A stretch of DNA of 64,000 nucleotides from Candidatus Nomurabacteria bacterium (GTDB lineage Bacteria > Patescibacteriota > Minisyncoccia > Phycocordibacterales > UBA9973): positions 5,502 to 69,501 of the forward strand of contig JAPLXP010000002.1 in assembly GCA_026396015.1 (NCBI GenBank). Direction: 5' to 3'. Below, one piece after another: positions 49,886 to 59,265 of the stretch (positions are counted from its first letter, which is position 1; every line of letters starts with the position of its first letter). The position numbers were made by a program, and so were the translations under genes. Below the pieces are notes generated by a model. It was given only the letters and a program-made list of their open reading frames with translations. It was not told where the DNA came from and made no database searches.

Positions 49886-51297
49886 TATCTTATGTCTTTA
49901 TAATTATTTGTAAATGGCTTGCCTCGTAGTGATATAGCTAAAAAATTTATTATGTATTTCCATCCAGTAGATACGAACCCCTCACCCTCAAAACGTCGAT
50001 CTGAAGTAAGGATATAAAATCTTCTTTTAAAAATAATCCTTCCAACCTTAGATAGCCTGCGAGCAATATCAGTATCTTCACCGTAAAAAGAAATATTTTT
50101 ATTAAAACCACCTATCTTCAATATTGCATCTCTCTTTACTACAAAATTCCCTCCTACCATCATATATCCGGTAAAAAAATATGATATTCGAGCCAAGACA
50201 TTCCAGTACACCCAGACTATGTATTTTTTTAATGAAGAAACATTTTGATACACATATGGGCCACTGAATGCCACAGCTCGTTTGTCTTTATTTATTAAAT
50301 CCAACAGAATCTCACTCCAATTCTCCGGCATAACAGTATCTGCATCTATATACGCGACATAATCCCCTTTTGATGCATCGAGGCCCCTCTGGCGAGCTTT
50401 TGTTAAACCTTTGTCTCCTTCATAAACAACTCTAACCTCAGAAAAACCCTCTGCTACTTTTTTTGTATTATCAGTACTAGCATTATCTACTACAATAAGC
50501 TCAAAAAAAATACCTTGAGAATTTTTAATAACAGAATCTAGACATGCTCCTATATATTTCTCTTCATTAAAAGCTGGTATTACTAAAGAGATTTTTGGGT
50601 TAATATTTTTATTTTTCTTTATGAGTTGTATTAGTTTTATGTTTTGATAATACATTTCAAAAATTGAAATTGTACACAATATATCCGACCATACACCCAA
50701 AATAACTCTACTCCCTTTCCATATACCACGTTTATCTTGACTGAAATTATTTTCAACATTCTTCCACTCTACTACTGTTATACTTAATTTATTTTTAATA
50801 ATTATTTTATTTAAAAAAACTTCTAATCCATAGCTAGGCAACAATTCCATCTCTGCTATCTTTTCCATAAAACAAAACCTAGGCAATATTCTTTCTCCTG
50901 AGAGGTAGTCAATTTTTTTAAAAGGAAAAAGTGGCCATGAGTTTTTTCTCATACTAATAGATACATCAGAAATATTTTGTTCTATAGGATACAGTATATC
51001 TCTAATATTCTTTTCATTTAAAAATTTCAAATCAGCATCAAGCATAAAAATAAAATCTCCTCTTGCCGCTCGAATACCATCGGCAATGGTTTTACTCTTG
51101 CCCATATTTTTTGGGTGCTCTATATAATCAGCACCAGAAAAACTTTTTACAATTTGTTTTGTTTTATCCGAAGACCCATCATCTACCACAATAACTTCAT
51201 GTAGATATTTTCCAATCAGAGGCACGACGACAAACAAAACATCACCGATACCTTTTTCTTCGTTATATGCTGGTATAATACAGGAAATTTTCTTCAT
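49885..51297 (-). CDS. Tandem two-domain GT2 glycosyltransferase
   Basis: Two GT-A starts (ISCIIPAYNEE, ISLVIPAFNEE), two DAD motifs, GEDTD. Confidence 0.9.
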   Translation of the reverse strand: MKKISCIIPAYNEEKGIGDVLFVVVPLIGKYLHEVIVVDDGSSDKTKQIVKSFSGADYIEHPKNMGKSKTIADGIRAARGDFIFMLDADLKFLNEKNIRDILYPIEQNISDVSISMRKNSWPLFPFKKIDYLSGERILPRFCFMEKIAEMELLPSYGLEVFLNKIIIKNKLSITVVEWKNVENNFSQDKRGIWKGSRVILGVWSDILCTISIFEMYYQNIKLIQLIKKNKNINPKISLVIPAFNEEKYIGACLDSVIKNSQGIFFELIVVDNASTDNTKKVAEGFSEVRVVYEGDKGLTKARQRGLDASKGDYVAYIDADTVMPENWSEILLDLINKDKRAVAFSGPYVYQNVSSLKKYIVWVYWNVLARISYFFTGYMMVGGNFVVKRDAILKIGGFNKNISFYGEDTDIARRLSKVGRIIFKRRFYILTSDRRFEGEGFVSTGWKYIINFLAISLRGKPFTNNYKDIR

Positions 51298-51902
51298 ATA
51301 TTTTCTAAATGATCTATTTCTTCGACTTTTTTTCGAGTATATTTTTGAAGCGCAAAAAATCCAAAAATAAATACAGTAGCAATTATGGCGACTAAAATTC
51401 CTGCATCTTTCACATAAAATGTTGCATTGGAATATGAACTACCTAGATAATACCCGAGGGTCATCAAAATTCCATATTGAATTACTGTCACACAAAGTGC
51501 CCATCTAACAAAACGCCAGTACTCAAGCTTTGCGAGACCAGCTGTTATCAAAAGAGGTGTAGATAAACCATATGCAATTTTACTAATAAACATTGTTTTT
51601 GTTGTATGCTCTTTCCAAGCTTTTTCAATAAAATTAAAATGGGAAGAAATAATTTTTGATTTTGTGTCAAAGCGTGCAAGTATTTTTTCTTTATTTCCAA
51701 ATCGTCCTAGTGCATAATAAGCTGAATCTGGCAAAAAATCACCTAAAATAATTATAATGAGGGCATAGATAAAATTAAAGTACCCGATATGAGCCATAAA
51801 CCCGACAGCCAGGGCAAGAATAGGACCTTCTACAAGAGCTAAAGGGAGTAACGTCCAGTAGCGATTAGCTAGAAAAAATTTTAGAAAAAATGAGCCATGC
51901 AT
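51294..51902 (-). CDS. DedA/VTT-family membrane protein
   Basis: EGP, GDFLPDSAYYALGR, AGL....RF, LGYYLG. Confidence 0.8.
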   Translation of the reverse strand: MHGSFFLKFFLANRYWTLLPLALVEGPILALAVGFMAHIGYFNFIYALIIIILGDFLPDSAYYALGRFGNKEKILARFDTKSKIISSHFNFIEKAWKEHTTKTMFISKIAYGLSTPLLITAGLAKLEYWRFVRWALCVTVIQYGILMTLGYYLGSSYSNATFYVKDAGILVAIIATVFIFGFFALQKYTRKKVEEIDHLENI

Positions 51903-52011
51903 GTTATATACTATACATCTTTTTATAAAAAAATTCCCAGACGTATGCCAAGCAGTTGGAATGATTAGTCCCCTAATAGAAAAAACGTCTTTAAAGACGT
52001 TTTTTCTATTG

Positions 52012-52084
52012 GGGGACTACTGGGAATCGAACCCAGATCGAAGGTTCCACAAACCTCAGTGTTAACCGTTACACCATAATCCCC
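52012..52084 (-). tRNA. tRNA-His(GTG) with encoded G-1
   Basis: Cloverleaf; anticodon loop TTGTGGA; G-1:C73; CCA not fully encoded. Confidence 0.95.
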
Positions 52085-52096
52085 ATATATACAATC

Positions 52097-52651
52097 CTAC
52101 TTATAAGTAGGAGGTTCTTCCTTTATACCAGAAAAGTGGTTAGAAAGTCTAGCTAGAGCATAAAGTAGTGAAGACAGACGATTCAAATACGCTTTTGTAT
52201 AATCACCCACTTTTACCTGACCCTCATCAGCTACGCCTATCACCCTCCTCTCTGCACGGCGTGAAATAGTACGTGCCACATCAAAAAATACAGCCAATTC
52301 AGATCCACCAGATATAAAGAATGAAGTAATTGGTGGCAATTCTTTTTCAATTGTATCTACATAGTTTTCTATTTCTTTCACCTTGTCCTCACCTATGGTC
52401 ATATCACTACCAGCAAGCTCGGCCTGAACGATAAATAAATTCTGCTGCACAACATGCACAACTTTCTCAAAATTTTCTCCTGTTGGGACTTTGAATCCGG
52501 CATCAGCACTCTTTACCTTGCACACACCAAGAAAAGAATTGATCTCGTCGAGTGTTCCTAATGCTTCTGCTATATTTGAACTTTTGGATATACGTTGATC
52601 GCAACCAAAAGTCTTTGTAGTTCCGTTGTCCCCTTTTCTAGTGTAAAGCAT
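52097..52651 (-). CDS. PduO-type cob(I)alamin adenosyltransferase
   Basis: YTRKGDNGTT, GTLDEINS, ARTISRRAER, YLNRLS. Confidence 0.92.
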   Translation of the reverse strand: MLYTRKGDNGTTKTFGCDQRISKSSNIAEALGTLDEINSFLGVCKVKSADAGFKVPTGENFEKVVHVVQQNLFIVQAELAGSDMTIGEDKVKEIENYVDTIEKELPPITSFFISGGSELAVFFDVARTISRRAERRVIGVADEGQVKVGDYTKAYLNRLSSLLYALARLSNHFSGIKEEPPTYK

Positions 52652-52652
52652 A

Positions 52653-53081
52653 TTATATAAATAAATGAAGATAAGATAATAAAAATATAATGGTGGATAT
52701 AAATGCAGAAGATATACACCAAATGCACCACTGCTTTATAACAAAACCTTGCAAAAATAACAAATACAAAGAAAAAGCTACAGAAAATCCCGCAAATATA
52801 AAAAGTAATTCCTTAAATAAAAAATTCCACGTCAAAAATAAAGAGATAAATGAATATAAAAATAGCGTCACAGTATAGTAACTGATACCTATTACTTCTA
52901 CAGAAAAAGGACCAATGTGTGAATAACTACTATTCACAACGAGCTCACAATTCGTACGTATTGGGCAAATTAATTTCTTTTTACTTTTCTTTTTCTGATA
53001 AATATAGGATGCTATCAAAAAACCAATACAGGCAAAAATTAAAGTCCAACAAGCAAGAACTGAAGATACATCTATTTGCAT
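52653..53081 (-). CDS. Vitamin K epoxide reductase (VKOR) family protein
   Basis: C.....C..V..S.YS and WCIWC. Confidence 0.88.
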   Translation of the reverse strand: MQIDVSSVLACWTLIFACIGFLIASYIYQKKKSKKKLICPIRTNCELVVNSSYSHIGPFSVEVIGISYYTVTLFLYSFISLFLTWNFLFKELLFIFAGFSVAFSLYLLFLQGFVIKQWCIWCISSAFISTIIFLLSYLHLFI

Positions 53082-54373
53082 ACTGTTCCACTTAAAATAT
53101 TTTTTGTATAAATTTTAGAACTATTACTATCTAGGCAGACATATGAATTCTCGTCAGTAGCCAATGGGAATGACATTGCCCAAGATTTTGTATTTGAAAA
53201 ACAATAACCTTTACTACTCTCCAATTCTAGTAGTGGGTTTAGGAAGTGAGCAATAGTCTTGTCGCTAGTATCAGCAGGGTCTGCATAGAAAAGAGAATCT
53301 TTTATAGGAGCCACACAATCCCCTTTTGCATTTGCCACTGTTCCGTATTTATTTTTATTCAAAGCATATTTTTTATAAATCTGCAGCTCAATACTTGAAA
53401 CATAATTTTCAATCATACTATCCTTTCCTTTCAATTCATCTGCTGTTGAAATTTCCACTGCGACAACTTGATTTGCAGGATCAGAGACATCAACTTTTGA
53501 TTCAATAGGCGAAATATCATTAGGACTTTGATTGTCCGGAGTAGAATCATTATTTTGGCTAGAAATGGGTGTTGTGTCTGCGGGAACAATCTCACTTTTA
53601 TTTGAATTACTTATATTTTTAGTAAAATCAACAGTAACTGCATTTGGATTTACTTTTGGTAAAAAAGGTATGTTTATTAGTCCATTTGTATATGCAAAAG
53701 AAACACCTGCTGCAATACAAAGTATTACCACAAACACAAAAATCCAGACTAAGAATTTTGGTACGCCGTGCTTCTTTTCCCCTTCAAAAACAAAATTATT
53801 CTTTATGTCTTTAGGATATGAGGATATCATCGCCTTATTCGCAAATGAATTGTTTGCAGGTGCTGAAGAAATAGAAGGAATTGGATTTATAGTTGGCTCA
53901 GGTGTAGCATGAACTTTTGCTAATTCCATTTTTCTCTCTGGAGAGAATGGTGGTGGCAATGTTTTATTTTGAGCAGGAATTACTTCTGGAGTAGAGATTT
54001 TAGGCATTAGAGTCGGCATCGGTTCGTGCTTCTCCTCTACTGCGATTGGAGTATTTGCAGGTGCCCACACTTTTGGTAGACTCTGACTTGGATTTGGGGT
54101 TGAAAAATTATCTTTTATCGCAACTTTATCTATGGGTGCTTCACGATATGGATCAACTGCGGGCCTCACGACAGAAATAGAAGCTAATGTGGAAATATCT
54201 TTTTGAACGCTAGTCACGACAGGAAAATCATAAGCTGGTACAACCTTTGCAAGACCCTCTTCTATGTCTTCAGAATTCCAACCAGCCTCTAATAGACGTG
54301 ATTTTATCACGTCGTTACTTACATCTTTCTTTTGTTCTTTTTCAATAAATTCTACAAGATCAAGAGTAATCAT
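53072..54373 (-). CDS. Hypothetical bitopic protein (short N-terminal helical domain, Pro-rich linker, TM, Cys-containing pilin-like C-terminus)
   Basis: IKSRLLEAGW..EDI N-domain; C-terminal WAMSFPL...YVCLDS. Confidence 0.6.
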   Translation of the reverse strand: MITLDLVEFIEKEQKKDVSNDVIKSRLLEAGWNSEDIEEGLAKVVPAYDFPVVTSVQKDISTLASISVVRPAVDPYREAPIDKVAIKDNFSTPNPSQSLPKVWAPANTPIAVEEKHEPMPTLMPKISTPEVIPAQNKTLPPPFSPERKMELAKVHATPEPTINPIPSISSAPANNSFANKAMISSYPKDIKNNFVFEGEKKHGVPKFLVWIFVFVVILCIAAGVSFAYTNGLINIPFLPKVNPNAVTVDFTKNISNSNKSEIVPADTTPISSQNNDSTPDNQSPNDISPIESKVDVSDPANQVVAVEISTADELKGKDSMIENYVSSIELQIYKKYALNKNKYGTVANAKGDCVAPIKDSLFYADPADTSDKTIAHFLNPLLELESSKGYCFSNTKSWAMSFPLATDENSYVCLDSNSSKIYTKNILSGTVCK

Positions 54374-54425
54374 ATAATTAAATTATAACATGCCAACAAA
54401 AAAAATTCACACTCAAGTGTAAATT

Positions 54426-54995
54426 TTAAAAATCATATAGATAAAGATGTCGGGCATTTTGATATTTTCCATCTCTTTCCAGATCAATCTCTGCTTTTGG
54501 TTTTTTGTTTGTAAATTTAAAAGAAACAGATACCATCCTCACCCCCGCTTTTATTTCTTTATCGAATTTCGTGAGTATATCATCCATATCATTCGGATAT
54601 ATATACATCACCAAATGTGTAGCATTACTCAAGTCGTAATCAAAAAAATCTTTTTTAATTAATTTAATTGTCCCTCTACCCCCAACCTTGCGAATAAAAT
54701 TTCTAAACACAGATATCATAAATGGAAACATCTTTTTTTCAATACCAACAAATTCTACTTTGGGATGCTTGTCTTTTAGATAAAAAAGAATTCGCCCGTC
54801 ACCAGAGCCTAGATCATAAACTATAGATCCATCTACTAGCTCGAGCCCTTTGTCTACATAAGGTAAGACTTTATTTGGTGTACGTATAAATGGTGTCCCC
54901 TTTCCTACAAAAGAAAACGCCCACATACAAGTAAAGACGAATACTGCAATCACAATTGCAGTTAAAAGATAAATAATTATAGAAATAAATATCAT
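54426..54995 (-). CDS. Membrane-anchored class I SAM-dependent methyltransferase
   Basis: PFIRT, YDLGSGDGR, GIE, DFF. ATG directly follows the tRNA-Leu CCA. Confidence 0.85.
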   Translation of the reverse strand: MIFISIIIYLLTAIVIAVFVFTCMWAFSFVGKGTPFIRTPNKVLPYVDKGLELVDGSIVYDLGSGDGRILFYLKDKHPKVEFVGIEKKMFPFMISVFRNFIRKVGGRGTIKLIKKDFFDYDLSNATHLVMYIYPNDMDDILTKFDKEIKAGVRMVSVSFKFTNKKPKAEIDLERDGKYQNARHLYLYDF

Positions 54996-55080
54996 TGGTG
55001 CCCGGGACTGGACTCGAACCAGCACATCTTACGACACACCCACCTCAAGGGTGCTTGTCTACCAATTTCAACACCCGGGC
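54996..55080 (-). tRNA. tRNA-Leu(GAG)
   Basis: Cloverleaf with long variable arm; loop TTGAGGT; ends ACCA. Confidence 0.95.
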
Positions 55081-55127
55081 AAAACACTCACAAAAAGAGC
55101 ATATCAGATTCAAGCCTTTTTTTCAAT

Positions 55128-55168
55128 ATAAAAAATAAAATCACCCATTGGGTGATTTTATTTTTTAT
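55128..55168. terminator. Terminator after rplS
   Basis: AAAATAAAATCACCCA-T-TGGGTGATTTTATTTT. Confidence 0.75.
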
Positions 55169-55575
55169 TCAGCAGATGTTACTTCTGTGTCTTTTGTGTT
55201 TGTAGATTCCTCTTTTGAAAGAGTAATACTCTTTAGACGCTTTTTAACTTCTTTCACAGCCTTTGTACGGATGAAGTAAAGCTTACTGCGACGAGTCTTT
55301 GAACGTTTTATGATTTCAATCTTGTCGATGTTTGGAGAGTATAATGGGAAAATTCTTTCTACACCGATTGTTGACGCAACTTTACGAACTGTAAATGTAG
55401 CACCAATCTCGGCACCGTGCTTGCGAGAAAGAACGAGGCCTTCAAAAGCTTGAAGACGAACTTTTCCTTTTTCCAGAATCTTTGACCAGACTTTAACAGT
55501 GTCCCCCGCCTTAAAATCAAGGTTTTTTCGAGAGTCTCTATCTACTGGAGTTAATTTCATTTTGGTATTTTCCAT
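55165..55575 (-). CDS. rplS: 50S ribosomal protein L19
   Basis: FKAGDTVKV, RLQAFEG, TFTVRK, GVERIFP, RRSKLYFIR. Confidence 0.96.
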   Translation of the reverse strand: MENTKMKLTPVDRDSRKNLDFKAGDTVKVWSKILEKGKVRLQAFEGLVLSRKHGAEIGATFTVRKVASTIGVERIFPLYSPNIDKIEIIKRSKTRRSKLYFIRTKAVKEVKKRLKSITLSKEESTNTKDTEVTSAE

Positions 55576-55619
55576 AGGCGTTAATATAGCATAAGAATAT
55601 CTTTTAAGCAAGAATATCT

Positions 55620-56411
55620 CTAAAGACTATAATTTTCTATTACTTTAGTAAAGTCAGCTGGTAATGGGGCTTCGACTGATATTTCCCTACCTTTTGGTAA
55701 TCTGAATTTGATTGATCGGGCATGAAGGGCTAGTCTATCAAAACCTAGAGCCTTGTCTTTCTTGCCGCGATATATAGGATCAGACACAATCTGGTGATTT
55801 ATATATCTTAGATGCACGCGGAGCTGGTGAGTACGGCCAGTTTTTGGATAGAGTTCAAGGTATGAGAATTGGTGACTATTGTCTTTCATCTCTTTCTCAT
55901 CAGCAGTATCCGTAAAGCGAGACAAGACTAGGTAATAGGTAGAAGCCTCACGAATAGGATCACGTGCACCACGGCCTGCTGTCCACATTCGTACATCCCC
56001 TGGTGAACGCCCTATGGGTGCGTTTATAAGGCCCATCTTGCCGTTTAATAGTGAAGCCTTGGGATCTGCTACATATCCGTACACAAAGGCCTGATAAATC
56101 TTTTCTATCGTATGATTCATAAATTGATTTTTGACGGACAAGAATGCTTCTTGATTCTTTGCTAGGATTATCACACCTGAGGTCTCTCGATCTAGGCGAT
56201 GCACTATTCCTGGGCGCATTATTGCCTTTCTCTCTCCGCCTTTTGCGTCTACCATAAGTGGCTCACCTACATCAGCTGAACCTGGATAAGTCTTGATGAA
56301 CCAGTCTGCCAAAGTCTCATCTTTATTCTTGCCATCGTTGTGCACAGAAATACCCGCTGGTTTATCAACGACAACTACATCATTATCTTCATAGAGTATT
56401 TTAACTTTCAC
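55620..56411 (-). CDS. RluA/RluD-family pseudouridine synthase
   Basis: DKPAG, VHRLDRETSG, TGRTHQLRVH, LHA. GTG start at the tRNA-Val 3' end. Confidence 0.92.
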   Translation of the reverse strand: MKVKILYEDNDVVVVDKPAGISVHNDGKNKDETLADWFIKTYPGSADVGEPLMVDAKGGERKAIMRPGIVHRLDRETSGVIILAKNQEAFLSVKNQFMNHTIEKIYQAFVYGYVADPKASLLNGKMGLINAPIGRSPGDVRMWTAGRGARDPIREASTYYLVLSRFTDTADEKEMKDNSHQFSYLELYPKTGRTHQLRVHLRYINHQIVSDPIYRGKKDKALGFDRLALHARSIKFRLPKGREISVEAPLPADFTKVIENYSL

Positions 56412-56413
56412 GG

Positions 56414-56486
56414 TGCGCGATGTAGGACTTGAACCTACGACCTTCCCGGTGTAAACGGGTTGCTCTACCAACTGAGCTAATCGCGC
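56414..56486 (-). tRNA. tRNA-Val(TAC)
   Basis: Cloverleaf; anticodon loop TTTACAC. Confidence 0.95.
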
Positions 56487-56601
56487 ATAAAAATTTGAAA
56501 ACAAATTAATAGATAAACAATAACCTATTTTCATACTTTTTTCAAGTCCCACCTTGCGATAAAGGTAATTTTAATGTATTTTAATAATATACTCCTGATA
56601 T

Positions 56602-56673
56602 GCCCTTGTAGTTAAATGGATATAACTGCGGACTTCTAAGCCGTTATTGCAGGTTCGATTCCTGCCGAGGGCA
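56602..56673 (+). tRNA. tRNA-Arg(TCT)
   Basis: Cloverleaf; loop CTTCTAA; GGTTCGATTCC T-arm. Confidence 0.92.
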
Positions 56674-56685
56674 CCTTATACAATA

Positions 56686-56716
56686 AAATAAACACCCTCA
56701 TTGAGGGTGTTTATTT
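56686..56716. terminator. Bidirectional terminator
   Basis: AAATAAACACCCTCA-T-TGAGGGTGTTTATTT. Confidence 0.75.
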
Positions 56717-57037
56717 TTGTATTCTTGGGTCCTCTAGATTTATACCTTCCTTTTTTAAAGAATTCATTTTAGTTTCTTTTTCTGAAAAATAGTCAGACAC
56801 TTTATCAAGCAATTTTTGATTTCTTGTAATTAGATTATTCTCTGGAGTACTTACGTTCTTTTCACGAAAAATTTTTTCATCTTTAATTTGATTAAAAAAA
56901 TAAACACTAGCTATAACAGCTAAAATAAATAATACGGAAAATAGGCGCACCAGCATCATCCAATGAACATGGGGGTTGAATACCTTTACTTCCCTCTTAC
57001 TAAAAAACTTTTTAAATTCTAAGTTGTATTTTTCCAT
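56711..57037 (-). CDS. Hypothetical single-TM protein, last gene of pilMNO operon
   Basis: One TM; start MEKYN 1 nt after the upstream stop. Confidence 0.65.
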   Translation of the reverse strand: MEKYNLEFKKFFSKREVKVFNPHVHWMMLVRLFSVLFILAVIASVYFFNQIKDEKIFREKNVSTPENNLITRNQKLLDKVSDYFSEKETKMNSLKKEGINLEDPRIQK

Positions 57038-57038
57038 A

Positions 57039-57569
57039 TTAAAAAGTAAAAATATTAAATGATATGGTTGATGACCAAGGATAAAAAGTTTCTTTTGAAT
57101 CTTTCTGATTAGTATTTGCACTCAAATTCAATGAATTGATATTAATAGCAAATGGCATATACTCAATCATTTTAATAACTTTTACCACTGAATTAAAATT
57201 ACCTTCTACCAGTAGAACAATAGTGATGACCTTCTTGTTGTCTTTAGAGAACTCTACAGACTGTACTTCTGCTCGTGTACCTAGTCCAACTGAATTTTTT
57301 TCTAGATCACTCACAAAATAATCAATTGAATTTGCATTTACAAAGTATGAATTTATTTGCTTATTTTGATTTTCCGCTTCGTGTATAACCTTTATTAGAC
57401 TACTCCCCTGTTTTTTCTCCTTTATTCGATCTTCCAATGTCTTATTTACAGACTCTGTGTGAATATTCTTGTTTCTAATTACAGTAAAAAAGAAAAAAGT
57501 AAAACCTACCAGCAGGATGGTAACTATTGTATATATGATCAATAAAGTTGTAGTGCGTGATAATTTCAT
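57039..57569 (-). CDS. PilO-like pilus alignment protein
   Basis: N-terminal TM, coiled coil, EG.F..V...I..IE.MP; operon position. Confidence 0.7.
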   Translation of the reverse strand: MKLSRTTTLLIIYTIVTILLVGFTFFFFTVIRNKNIHTESVNKTLEDRIKEKKQGSSLIKVIHEAENQNKQINSYFVNANSIDYFVSDLEKNSVGLGTRAEVQSVEFSKDNKKVITIVLLVEGNFNSVVKVIKMIEYMPFAININSLNLSANTNQKDSKETFYPWSSTISFNIFTF

Positions 57570-57570
57570 A

Positions 57571-58110
57571 TTATTTTAAATAAACTGAGAGGCTGTAGTC
57601 TATATTAGAAGGTTTAACAAAATTTGATATAGGCAAATCTACTGCAGAAAAAGTACTATTCCCTAAAATAGAATCATTGAATGTATGCAATGCAGATCTA
57701 TCACGAGCCTTGCCTATAATTTGTATTGGGGCGGCACCATCAGAACGATTCATATAATTTATTTGAGTAAAACTAACACCAGATGTCCTTACTGAAAGGA
57801 GCGAATCTATTACAGATTCAGATACACTGTATTTGGGTTTTTTAGCTACGAGAAAATCCAAGCGATCATTCGTAGCGGATATCTCATCATTTAATTTATT
57901 TATATTTATTTCAGGATTTTTCTTATTAAAATTTTCAAGATTGTTTTCGGCTGTAATCTCCTTCGTAGCAGAGTATTTATAAGAAGGAATAAGGAGCAAT
58001 AATACCACAACAGAAAAAAATGAAATAAAAATCAAAACAACAATAATAAGCCGTATAATATATTCATGCTCTAAATTACTCTTTTCTTTTTTAGGTAAAA
58101 TATTTATCAT
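57571..58110 (-). CDS. PilN-like pilus alignment protein
   Basis: MINILP start, TM, I.G.A.DR..L..F, VDLPISN. Confidence 0.75.
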   Translation of the reverse strand: MINILPKKEKSNLEHEYIIRLIIVVLIFISFFSVVVLLLLIPSYKYSATKEITAENNLENFNKKNPEININKLNDEISATNDRLDFLVAKKPKYSVSESVIDSLLSVRTSGVSFTQINYMNRSDGAAPIQIIGKARDRSALHTFNDSILGNSTFSAVDLPISNFVKPSNIDYSLSVYLK

Positions 58111-59192
58111 ACAACATAATCCCCCAATGCTAATCCGAGCATTGTCACATATGATAATGATTCTCTCTGTGTCATGTTGGGGATGGACTCTTCCATACTA
58201 GAAATATTAACCCAAGCTTTTGCATATTCAACTTTTGTCTTAAAACTAGCAGATAGATACAATGACAATCCTGGAATATTTGCACCTCCTCCACACAAAA
58301 TAATGCGAGAGATAGGATCTCTAGTTTTTCCATTCTCATCCTGGTGTGTAGTCCAATATGAAAAATGCTTGTTTATCTCATCACGCAAAACTGCCATCAC
58401 ATTCAGAGTTATTGGGAACAAGTCTTCTCCAGAATCAGAACTATTACCACTAAAAAAGATCTTTTTATCTTCTGCTTCAGAAAATGATATGCCATAATTT
58501 TTTGCAATCATTTCTGTAAAGACATTGCCTCCCATATCAAAAGTAGAAGTAAAAATAACCTTACCATCTACTGCGATAGATATACCCGTGCGAGCCTCAC
58601 CAAAGTCCACGATCATAACAGTATTCTTTTCCCCTCTTGGAATAACTGATTCAGCGATTGACTGTGCTTCCAACTCAAAAGCCACAGGAACTAAATCGGA
58701 TTCCTTAAAAGCATTCATATAAGAATTGATAGTCTCTGCTGCTATAGCCACCACCTCGATAAAAAAACTATTATCTTTTTCCGATAAGATATCGTAGTCA
58801 AAAAGAGTATCAATTGCCAAGAGAGGAACATGATCTTCCAACTGAAGTAATATCATCTCTCTTAGATCACTCCCCTCTATTTTAGGTAGAGACAAAGTGA
58901 AAAGATACACTTGTTCTTCGGGTAGAGCCACACGAACAAATTTAATATTTTCTTTTTTCTTTAATTCTTTTAAAACTTTCACTAGTTGATCCTTTATTAA
59001 AATTTTACCAGACTCAATAACCCCTTTTGGTATTTTTACTGTGCCATAAGTACCCAGCTTGAGTCCATTTTTAGTGAGATTCAATTGTCCGTATTTTATA
59101 GATTGGTCTGATATGTCCAGAGAATAAGATGACATAGCCAAGAATTGTGGTGTTGGAAAATATTTACTATACAACTGTTTCATTGTAATCAT
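58107..59192 (-). CDS. pilM: PilM actin-like pilus assembly protein
   Basis: LDISDQSIK, IVDFGEART, ILCGGGA, LGLAL. Confidence 0.88.
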   Translation of the reverse strand: MITMKQLYSKYFPTPQFLAMSSYSLDISDQSIKYGQLNLTKNGLKLGTYGTVKIPKGVIESGKILIKDQLVKVLKELKKKENIKFVRVALPEEQVYLFTLSLPKIEGSDLREMILLQLEDHVPLLAIDTLFDYDILSEKDNSFFIEVVAIAAETINSYMNAFKESDLVPVAFELEAQSIAESVIPRGEKNTVMIVDFGEARTGISIAVDGKVIFTSTFDMGGNVFTEMIAKNYGISFSEAEDKKIFFSGNSSDSGEDLFPITLNVMAVLRDEINKHFSYWTTHQDENGKTRDPISRIILCGGGANIPGLSLYLSASFKTKVEYAKAWVNISSMEESIPNMTQRESLSYVTMLGLALGDYVV

Positions 59193-59265
59193 ATTATACG
59201 ATACATAAATATTATATGAAAGTATATTTTATTTATTTATACGTTTAAGTATATTTTATTTATAG

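Noticed and set aside
56412-56552. N-terminal extension of the pseudouridine synthase (and 54996-55025 for the methyltransferase)
   Set aside because: These run through tRNA genes, so the starts were moved downstream.
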